A stretch of 60,000 nucleotides of DNA, from positions 994,001-1,054,000 of the forward strand of contig CM119373.1 of NCBI GenBank assembly GCA_051294905.1. Reading direction: 5' to 3'. The stretch comes from Botryllus schlosseri (lineage: Eukaryota). Position numbers and translations under genes: made by a program. The notes beneath the pieces were generated by a model, which had not been told where the DNA came from, searched no databases, and saw only the letters and a list, made by a program, of their open reading frames with translations. This document shows positions 51,001 to 60,000 of the stretch, piece after piece (positions within the stretch are counted from its first letter, which is position 1; the number at the start of each line of letters is the position of its first letter).

Positions 51001-51276
51001 TTAACTTCTGCATTTAGGCTAATCCTCAGGGATCTTGGTTGAGGCTTCGGGTCCCCGGCGCCACCCGGCAGATCCCAGTCTTTCTGTTGATATTGTCCCA
51101 CTCGGCGAGTACGCAGTAACTTAAGGTAGTAAAGTCTTCGTCGCACTTTGCGACTTGGTCTACTCTGTTTACTGCCTATACTGCGCAGCACGTCCGAGCT
51201 GTACGTAATCATTACAAAGCAATCAGCTAGCGGAGCGAGAAATACACGTCTGCACTCGGCGACTGACTAAAGCGAA
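48089..51276 (-). mobile_element. Full-length RTE-like non-LTR retrotransposon
   Basis: Single intact ORF, 5' and 3' UTRs of about 60 nt, (TA)n tail, TSD TTAACT at 48083-48088 and 51277-51282. Confidence 0.93.
48147..51212 (-). CDS. APE endonuclease / reverse transcriptase (1021 aa)
   Basis: GTLNTRT, IQE, GDMNA, LDYI, SDH (APE). NYRGISL, QNGFR, FVDFAKAFDSV, GVLQGDTLAP, LAYADD, YLG (RT). RTE-type end AHDRPRWR. Confidence 0.96.
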   Translation of the reverse strand: MITYSSDVLRSIGSKQSRPSRKVRRRLYYLKLLRTRRVGQYQQKDWDLPGGAGDPKPQPRSLRISLNAEVKLGTLNTRTLNSVWRQEEAAALVTDLKLDALAIQEHRQHFTEPFREKDLGAGIIMIQSPANQGGVGGVGLILSQRFHAEAKICVINSRIITASIQLRRRKLHLVCAYGPTSPNTTAFPADTLAFYDQLEGILSTYPQRDITMLLGDMNATLAERSQRVRFPVGHENSNSEHFTNLLDRCDLIPLNANFSMKPKRMTTFDGMRQRNTRLDYICCNAPARRHFTNCRTVRMLTIRSDHRMVLATLRERLPFVPKRTPKEPLPNWFDLKDANTMNVFTTHTLRALEIQNAMPTDFAPLVAAVKDAARETLGEARSKPRPRLAWESDPTVLSARRNLKTLRRAAYTSGTLDAHSDANEAALYLTNVYDAARKERVEAIALSVEKELEAGRPRAAWKAIGELVGFKRTRVKACTEDLAAHFETLLSTPAPDIDVLVAPPSLAANPLAINTTLITLGELKTAMSGVPQFKATGTDGIPTAAYTSGVAPVLLDIMNGVLEGGPVPPEWLESEIVPIYKKGAASDPANYRGISLMQTAAKLFDRVLLLRIREQLSTKLLNAQNGFRPSRGTTEHILALRTIIDTCRSHKKNVVAVFVDFAKAFDSVSRPAMAEILRFYGIPEVITYAIMALYTDTRARVRTDDGPSGDFNTSAGVLQGDTLAPFLFVVILDFVLRTAFPDTTNFFEWRPRQGTRTRTTREAIHVGVLAYADDLALLAPNTASAQCLINQLEAAAALVGLQINAKKTEVLAIPALPANATPIQLGDIDLKYVTSFVYLGIDVADSGKALKARRAKAWGAARRLHSLFHSSASTQLKTRIFRATVEQVLLYGIEALTLTEKLAKTLNANYDALLRYALGIHHPEHISTNALRKLTKTVPCRLLAAERRLRLIGHLVRHQDDQPAAAIINHIPTEPWRRGGWNRTTWRSTIETELAQRGLSLEDAHDRPRWRRLIRAENSLS

Positions 51277-51953
51277 TTAACTGATTCGGTCAAAAACATG
51301 CGCAAATGATCGCACGGAGCTCGCATGTCAGTGTAAATTGGCTGCCAAAACAGACTGCTATGACGATTACCAAGCATATGAGTGAAAACCTCGCCAGTGC
51401 GCACAGCACTATAATGTCATTGCGCGTGGCAGATCTTCTACTATTATTCAGTTGAACAAACCTATTTTATGCAGACGAAAAGATTTCCTTAATAACTTAC
51501 ATTTTTCTCATTAATGCGTGTAACTGTTTATCTACAAATTGCGTTCCTACTATAGTACCGTATGTCCGTATACTGCAAAGTTTGTACTGTTACTGTTGCC
51601 ATTGGTGGTACAATGTGAATCTCATGGTCTGTGATTTTGATTGTTGCGTTACTGACGCTCGGCAGCGACAACGTGCGGCACAGCACTAAATTTATTCTCA
51701 CTTTTCGTTCAGCGATGACGTAAGCTCTCGTTTTGGCCAATTTAAGCCCTATGCACACTGAGTTCACGACCCGACGGCGACAGGGGAATCACCCTGTCGT
51801 ACACGATTCTCGCTATCGGCGACTCGCTAAATCGTGACCTAGTGCACACTGATCGCGATAATCGCTCACTATCGCGACATCTAACGGCGATAAATTCTAG
51901 CAGCCCTGGTAGTATACGGATACCAATACATCAGACATTCACGGATTTCTGAG

Positions 51954-53365
51954 TCACTCAAAGAGTGAAACAGATATATTTTTCATGATCTCATTTGCTT
52001 TTTCTTCAGGCATAGCTCTTAACTGGCTTGCAATAAATTTGCCGAAATTTTCAAAGCGATCAGGCCTTCTTTGTATTTCTTCAGTAGAAGTTTTCAACAT
52101 CTTCATCATCTCCACCTAAATATATGAATAAAGGGTTAGTTACATAATGTAAGTACATTCCAACATAGCAAACAACACTGGCCATAAACTTCATAGAGCT
52201 GAGTAAAACCATCTCTCCTGCAACAATGGTACTACTAATAGAAGACAGTTCATCTTTCTGTCCACAGCATATATGCCTCTTATAACACCATTACGTAAAC
52301 AATTTGAACTCTTATTATTCTATTATGGATGGGTCATAAATACTCTGCCAATGGCCATGGACTACCCCTTACTAAGAAGGCACTCATAAAACTTAAAGTT
52401 TCGGATAGCCGAGTCAGCTTCTGTCATCTCTCACTCAGACTAGTTCGATGAGAATTGAGTACACTAAAATCTACATGCAATATATCTGGTCACAACATTT
52501 AGAATGAATATATCAAGTCAAAATGGTCACTTGGACACTGCCTCTATCCACTCCATTACTGCAAGGCCTCTTTCGAAGACTGAAGTGCTCGCCCTGGGAT
52601 ATTGGGGTGTCTTTTGGCGTCTCGGTGTTTGGTAAATCCTCTGAAACCACTAGTGCAACAAATTAGTTCATACACAGTCGAGTATAAAGAAAACTCAGTT
52701 CATACATTCATCCCTTTTCAAGGAGGTATGAGCAGCATATGTGTCTGTCTCCGCTTCAGTCAGAATAAAAAAAAATTGTCCACCGTTCTGAAGTTAAGAC
52801 AGGAAATTAAAACAAATGCCAATAAATGTATATGGATGTTGTCATTACTCCTTGTGTTTTATAACGGAATCAAGAAAACTCAGCTGGGTATAGTATGGCC
52901 ATGTTCTGGTGGCTGAGTTGATGACCCAGAGGGAACATCTTGCTGCTTTTTATGCTTTCTTCCGTATTGAGTGCGTAGACTATTCCATCGTCTCTGGCAT
53001 ACATCAACTGGAATGAAGACAGTCATAATGAAAACCATGAATAAGTACAAAACGTGTGGTTCAAGTAACAGTACACTTGATATATTGTCAGGATACAGAT
53101 GTAAAATGAGGCTCTTTGTAACAAATCCACGGATAATTTCTATGTTAAATATAGAAGAGAGTTGCAATATCAACAAATAAATAAAATCGTCGAACAAACT
53201 AGGCATGCAACAAAAATTCTTACTGCTGGTAGAAAGTTGTTCGGCAATAGTGGTCCAAGCCTCATCCAACTTGTGCCGCTTCTTATGAATTGGTAACTGA
53301 ACATTCCAAAGGCAGGTATGTTGTGAGATCAAATCAATTAATCTTCTATTGAATTCAGTATCCAT
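51954..53365 (-). pseudogene. MADF-BESS DNA-binding protein (multi-exon; internal exons uncertain)
   Basis: LIDLISQHTCLWN...AWTTIA, GT-AG intron 53008-53223, CQRRWNSLRTQY...PSGS, last exon FGKFIASQLRAMP. Confidence 0.75.
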
Positions 53366-53548
53366 AATCAGTAGTAAACTCTGTTATGAGACTAATAAAA
53401 ACAACAACAACAGATGATCAATTGCAGCAATAACAGAATGATGAGAAACGATAAGTGTTATTCACTTCCAATGCCAATACATCAATGTGCAGTTGTGCAC
53501 TTTCCAACTTCACGAATCATTTGCAATTTACTCAGTGCACAAGAATAG

Positions 53549-56500
53549 TCATTGGTTCTGTTGCCAGGGAACTGCACCAACTGTCAGGAAGTACTTCAAT
53601 AGCTGAGATCTGTAGAATCCAGCATCTCGAGTATGAAAATTTGTGCCAAATGAAGAGAGTTGGTGCAAGTTGACATTTTCCGGGATTGCCCAGCGCCAAT
53701 TTCCATCCAACACATGGCCATCACTATTCACATTATCCCCTTGAATTGCTGATGATGACATCAACCTTGAGCCATTCTTGTTCTGTATAAAATTGTGAAG
53801 CACAACAGCAGCTTGCACTATTGCTTTAACACGTTCAACATGACAATTTATAGGCCTGTAAAATATTTGGAAACGTACAGCAAGTATCCCAAAGGCATTT
53901 TCAATCACACGTCTTGCTCTACACAAGCGATAATTGAAAATTTTTTTGTTGGCATCTAAATAACGACCAGGAAATGGTTTCATCATTCCCACTTTTAGTG
54001 GAAATGCATCATCACATGCAAAGTAATGCGGCATGATTATGTCAGAGGATGGTAAAAGGCTAGGCGATGGAATACCCAATGTGCCACTTTCAAATCTACG
54101 GCCCATAGTGGAATTGGAATATACACCACCATCACTGTGACGACCACAATCACCGATAGAAACCAGGGTAAATCGATACTGAGCGTCACATACAGCTAAC
54201 AAAACAATGGAGAAAAAGCCTTTGTAATTATAGTAATCACTGCCAGAATTCAGTGGCGCTGTAATCTTTATATGCTTCCCATCAAGGGCACCAATGCAGT
54301 TGGGACATTGCCATATATCAGAAAATTCAGAAGCAATTCGAAGCCAGTCCGTGGTAGAGGGGGGCGCAAGAACAATAGGTGCGAGTTTGGCCCAAATTGC
54401 TTTGCAGCACTCATCTATAATTACTCCCACTGTTGTATGACCAACACGGAAGGAGAAGGACAGTTGTACTTCATCGGCTCCCGTGATAAGGTATATGAAA
54501 AAGGATTATTGTTGCACTGAACATACAAATATACATACAAATATTTTTGTGCTCACAAATATTTTTGTGCTCAAATAACATAAATATATTTGATGAAGTA
54601 GAAATTCGTAACGATATTTCAATATACATTTACTATCCATAACTAGGTCACTGTCAGATCATATTGTTTCACTGATCAGAAATGTTCATATTGATAAAAC
54701 AGCAATTATGGAAGCCTTGTCCACACCTTATTTCATGATCTCACCTATTTGACTATAAATTGACACACCTTAATAGACAACATGCGAACATAAATCATCT
54801 CAATATTACATGGCTTCCTTTATTATTACCGAGATCTATTCTCCGGGCGAAATAAATTCAAAAACTGAGCTTTAGAACACATAATTGCAGTAGTACAGGT
54901 ACTGCATAGAGCTTAGGGTAACAGCTGAATTATGAATCTATGCTAATCTCAAAGTCAGAATCAATCTTGTCTTTGGAGAGATAGCCTTGCGAAAATTAGT
55001 GTCAACATGTTTGATGTCGTCATGAATAAGCATCAGCAAGGTGTGGAACTCTAAACTGGTCATCCTGAAATACGTGTGGCCGGGGCCTACGATATTCACG
55101 GCCTTATCTGGTACATTATGCGTTCAAGAGCTAACAGGCCGATGCTCACAAAACAGAAATTTGCGATTTCGCTTCTCGCTACCAGACAGACGCCTCGCCT
55201 CAGATAAGCTGTATGTATTCGTACAACAGGTCAAATTAGTACCTTACCGTAAGAAAGTGACAAGAAACAGCCTCGTAGGTGCAGTTATCCACCGATTGCA
55301 GAAGTAGCGGCTAAGTAGTGAGAAAACACCGACATGCTCATTGCTCATGTAAACCATTTTATTGCATGGTAAAATCAATTCAAGCACGTGAAGAAGAATT
55401 GGTACACATGTCATATTAGAAACTACTTGCAATAACCAACTTGTATCAAAATCAAACTTGCAGCATACAAGCTACGGCCATAGGTACCGGTAATGAGAAT
55501 GAAATGCATCACCGAAGAATGCAAGCTACGTCTTGCTCAACTGTCGTTGTTTTAAAGTCCGTTTTTAAAGCATTTTTCTCACAGAGGCATTAACTTGCTT
55601 CTGCTTGTTATTGTAATATATATTCACAATGATTTTGTCGCCAATTTCAAAGCTTGATCTCGATGATCATAACATGCAAAGCCCCCCCCCCCCAAAAAAA
55701 TAATAATAGTAATAATAAACGATGCAAAACTTATTCACTGCGACTTAGGGTGAGGGCAGATGATTTTATCAGAACAATCTAGGATTAAAAAACTGGATGA
55801 AACAAACTCGGCAAGTGGTTCTGAGGGAGTAAGCAGTCCCCCACGATTGAGTAAGTCGAAATAGCGTGAACTTGCTTTACAATTTACCCAGCAACTACGC
55901 ACGACACCTTCTCACTGTAAGGAGATAGAAATGATTCAGAAATTTCAATAGCCACTTCTTCAATGACTTTTTTGAAATGGTATAAACGAGTTGAGCTTGA
56001 TGTCAATTTTTAGGATGGAACAGAGCAGTATCATCTTTTCAGAATTGGTAACTTCTGTTGAACCAACCAGAAACCTCCCCCCCCCACACATTTGCCTATA
56101 CCGTGAGAATCGTCAACCAAGCATTAATCAGGTTCAAGAATGATGCCATATCTTCCGTGAGAGGCAAGTAACTTTTGCAAGCTGCAATAGTCGACTCATA
56201 GAATGGAGCAAGAGCTAAGTTGAGATTCTGCTTGTTATTGCTTGGATGTAACGAGGCATATATCACTTTTGGCGCTTTCCGCAAATTCGAATCATTATCA
56301 TGAGATTCGCTGATTTTGTTAAGATCGCTCCATGCAATAAATCCGCTGGGTGATGATACACCTGAAGAATCAACGGCTAATGAGAATGGAGGAAAGACAA
56401 ATTTCTTGGCTCGAAAAGTTCTTCCAGTAAATTGTGTTTGGATTTTCTGATACATTTTTGAGATATTTCGGGAAGTTGAATAATGCGCCACGCCACACCT

Positions 56501-57660
56501 AGTCATGATTGAATTCCATACGGTAGAAAATTACATATTGATTACGGTACCCTCTTTTGTACATGGTATAGCTTTCTGGAGTGTGGGACTCGGTCAAATC
56601 TTATAAACTGCTCATTTTATCAGACAGCTCAAAATCTTTCAACTGATCATTCTGAAATATCCTTCTCTTCGGTGGTTTTCTGCAAGGGGTCATAGTCGGG
56701 ATCAATGATGGCCGTTGCAGCTCATGCTCCGATCGGATGGTAGGAACTGGTTTTCCATCCAAGAGCAGTTTTTTTCGAAAGCCACAGTCTTTAATGTACT
56801 TTGCTTCGAAATGCAACACACAAATTACAGAATTCTTCGTTGGCTTCCAATCACATCCATTCACGAAAGATATCCATTTTTTGTAACTCCAAATCCTCAA
56901 ATGGAACTTGAAACTTTTTGTTTAGTTGTCAAATATCCAGCCATACTACCATAAGCACAACATTTATTGACCATTATCAATTATTTTACCTTAAGCTAAA
57001 CCTGAGTCACCAAGTATATACAATCAGTCAAAATTAACTGGAAGAAAGGCCACATGAAGCTCGCCACCAATTCTTCACCATATACATAATACGCACTGCA
57101 TAGCGGTATCCTACGTCACGCAGTAATCCGGTCAAAACGACAGCTAAACGTTTTCCACTACACTATATACGGAATATCTTCCCTGGACCATTTAGCTAAT
57201 CACGGCATCATCCTGTAACATTTCAAACGCGGCGACGAGCTCAAAAACTTCAACTCAAACTTGAGGGGTCTGCTACAGAGTATTTCAATCGCATTACTGT
57301 AGCCTGCCTAATAGTATAAGACAGTAAAAACGGCAGCTTGAAACATAGCTGTCAACCCTCAACTCGAAAACTCGCTTCAAAATGCGAAGAGTCCGGTATG
57401 AGAAGCGAAATAGAGACAATCGCCGATTGTGACGTTGAGAGTAATCGTCCTATCAAAACTTTCGCCCATTATTACGTCAATAGTAATAGCGAATTTCTGT
57501 TTTGTGAGCATCGGCCTGTTAGCTCTTGCAAGTGTCATGTACCAGATAAGGCCGTAAATATCGTAGGCCCCGGTGTGGCATTTCTCCGGATCCCAACCAG
57601 CTAAAAGGCTTTCTGCTAGCACAAACTCTGATTGAGTATCTCTTTCGGTCCACAATTCAT
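53549..57660 (-). pseudogene. Harbinger DDE transposase interrupted by a P element
   Basis: YFRM...AISPKTRLILTLR|YLITG...FRVG, GALDGKH, YYNYKGFFSIVL, HSDGG, DDAFPL, RARRVIENAFGIL. Confidence 0.9.
55081..57572 (-). mobile_element. Internally deleted P-superfamily (THAP) transposon
   Basis: About 90-bp TIRs starting CGGGGCCTACGATATT, 7-bp TSD GTGTGGC. THAP remnant MVNKCCAYG...KWI...ICVLHF...PT at 56600-56975, plus P transposase remnants (HPSNNKQN..LA). Confidence 0.88.
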
Positions 57661-58289
57661 GTACCCAATATGATCTAAAGAAACATAAACTGGCTATCTG
57701 TGCATTTGACTTCTTTCAAATAGGCATATGCCGTGAACGGAGCACGCCCATGGCAATAATAACATTTCACTCACCTTTCTGCAGAGGGACATAGCTCCTG
57801 ACAAAGATAGTAAGCACAAATTGCTTTAGCTCCTGACAAAGATAGTAAGCACAAATTGCTTTAACTGAAATAGCTGCCTTTCTTCTATTCATATTCATCA
57901 CTAAAATGAATAAGATCCTGCTATTTTATCACGCAAGTGGTAGCTCAGAGAATCCCTCGAGGACCTACCTGCCACGATGTCGCCGATAAAGTAGAGCATG
58001 TTCTACCGGTACGCCGACGTAAATTAGAGAAAGAATTTCGTCGGCGACCGCCAAAATCGCGACTCTCGGCGACTCCGGTGTGCATCGAATTTCTGCGATT
58101 CTCTCCTATTGTTGCACAACTGCGTCGCCAACTCCAGTGTGCATAGGGCTTTAGTGAGAGAGTGATAATCGTACGCGCGTACGATTTACGCAAATGTGCA
58201 CTAGGCTTGACGGAAAGTATCCCAACTTGTTCACCAATGCCCAGAAAACGCTTCTCTGATTGACTCATTTTATGTATATGAAGCACTTT

Positions 58290-58830
58290 TCAGCAAAATT
58301 ACCAGAATAAAAAATCAATATCGCAATCGATTGACCGATGGCCACCTCAACCAGCTACTGCGTACTGCATCATCTGTAATTACTCCTCGCTTTGGCACAC
58401 TTCTTGAAGCTCAAAGCCAATGCCAAATTGGACAATAAATTGACTTTCTTTCTTCTTAATGTTTCTATTCGTTCTTCGTTGGTACGTGCTTTGATGCTAT
58501 GTAATTTTGATATACTTGGGGGTATTCTTGCGGTTCCAACCGTACTCTGAAATTCTAAAGTTAGCCCTGTCCCCGAAATAGGTTGCGAAGCACTGCGTGT
58601 AGAGTGTTTCACAGAAAACCGCAGTTCGACGCGGCTGACGATACCATCGGGTAATAGTAAATTTAGTCTTACCTCTTTCGCGTATTGCAATGTTAACCTT
58701 GAGGACGTCATTGGCATACTTGAGATCAACACAGTGGACAAATGCTTTTTCCTAATACTTGATTTTACACTCACAACCGTGTAGTATATCTTCAGATACC
58801 TCATAAACCGCATCAGAAAGACATAAGGCT
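58290..58830 (-). repeat. Uninterrupted paralog of the sequence split at 30637-35830
   Basis: Colinear with 30637-30708, 34580-34733 and 35566-35830. Confidence 0.75.
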
Positions 58831-59467
58831 GCTGCACACTGGCTTTGCGACACGACTAAAACAGGTAATCCCCCGATCGTGTCGCACTCACGATCGCGGT
58901 AGTTGCGTTCCGCTGCACCTAGGCCTATCTGTTCTGTACCAGCTTAATGATTTCGTAACAGTATCGGTTCTTGGTTATTACTATTGAAGAAAATATCAAG
59001 ATACTTCCTACACTTAAATGTGTTTTCTATGTGTCCTGACTGCATTTTGCTGATGCCCCGAATTTTGATAAGGAAGTAATATTAAGTAATATCTTAGTGC
59101 CACTATAGAGACTGTAGGATGGAGCGACGACCCATTGTTCTAAGTTTAGATCCGTCACGCTTGACTTTGCGTAGTAAAATTCCATTCGCGAAAGTCCGAT
59201 TGTCCTATTTTACATGTAAAAGTATAGGCGATTTCGGAAATGCATGGACGAATTTGAGTGCCGAAAAAGGGTGGAAATATTCTGGCTAGACGGTTCAAAT
59301 TTTGCATGTTACGAGGAATGAATATGTTCTCACTAAAATAATTTCACAACTGTCCTCCACCCAGAACACGTTTAAAATCAATTTCCCGCAATGCCTTATT
59401 CAGCGATAAGTTCTCCGCTGCCGAATCCCGTAAACTCGTAGACAATGCTATAATTGATAAGGCTTTA

Positions 59468-60000
59468 ATCCTAGTGCACATTTGCGTAAATCGTACGCGC
59501 GTACGATTTTCACTCTCTCACTAAGTTGGCCAAAACGAGAGGTTACGTCATCGCTGAACGAAAAGTGAGAATAAATTTAGCGCTGTGCCGCATGTTGTCG
59601 CTGCCGAGCGTCAGCTACGCAACTATCAAAATCACAGACCAAGAAATTCGCATTGTACCAATGGCAACAGTAACAAACTTCGAAGTATACGGACATACGG
59701 TACTATAGTAGCAACGCAATTAGTAAATAAACAGTAAACCTATTTTATGCAGACGAAAAGATTTACACGCACTAATGAGAAAAATGTAGGTTATCAAGAA
59801 AATCTATTCGTCTGCATAAAATAGGTTTGTTCAACTGAATAATAGTAGACTCCAACACTTTTAAATGAAACAAAGATCTACCTCGCGCAATGACAGTAAA
59901 GATATTGTCTTTATAGTGCAGTGCACTGGCGAGGTTTTCACTCAGATGCTGACCAATTGACGAATCATATGCTTGGTAATCGTCATAGCAGTATGTTTTG
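59468..60000 (+). mobile_element. Harbinger-type MITE copy running off the window
   Basis: TTA followed by ATCCTAGTGCACATTTGCGTAAATCG; inverted homolog of 51340-51744 plus 58154-58207. Confidence 0.8.

Larger units (their letters stand above)
51745..58150 (-). mobile_element. PIF/Harbinger transposon with tandem transposase and MADF genes
   Basis: TIR AGCCCTATGCACACTG, TSD TTA at 51742-51744 and 58151-58153. The empty site matches the copy at 59510-59540. Confidence 0.93.
47609..58207. mobile_element. Harbinger-type MITE inflated by nested insertions
   Basis: TIR AGC(G/C)TAGTGCACATTTGCGTAA(T/A)TCGTACGCGCGTAC, TSD TGA at 47606-47608 and 58208-58210. Confidence 0.8.
46800..58290 (+). pseudogene. 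hAT (Ac/hobo-like) transposase remnant split by a 10.6-kb nest
   Basis: DTRWNSILKM and LAFFSNPKYK at 46800-47608; resumes after 58210 with GKYPNLF. Confidence 0.6.

Noticed and set aside
48562..51042. Plus-strand ORFs over the LINE
   Set aside because: Antisense shadows of a GC-rich coding sequence.
58370..58837. 155-aa ORF as a gene
   Set aside because: It spans repeat fragments, and the paralog at 30637-35830 is not open.

Overview
Eukaryotic, most likely invertebrate-animal, repeat-dense DNA with spliceosomal introns and no recognisable host gene, rRNA, tRNA or CRISPR. It is a transposon graveyard with deep nesting. It holds about ten hAT elements or remnants (many with exact 8-bp TSDs), two two-gene PIF/Harbinger elements (3-bp TSDs) and a Harbinger-type MITE family. 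It also holds P-superfamily elements (7-bp TSDs), piggyBac, EnSpm/CACTA and Kolobok-like remnants, a non-coding two-LTR element and a solo LTR. Retroelements include a decayed L1/Tx1 LINE, an intact RTE-like LINE (1021 aa) with an internally deleted twin, and three Penelope-like elements (PLEs). Highlights: a minimal hammerhead ribozyme at the 3' end of a Neptune-like PLE; an atypical PLE with no C-terminal endonuclease and a possible N-terminal GIY-YIG; a 459-aa PHD + OTU/vertnin-like ORF; and a multi-level nest at 46.8-58.3 kb whose layers can be peeled back by TSDs. All calls come from manual reading; no database searches were run.
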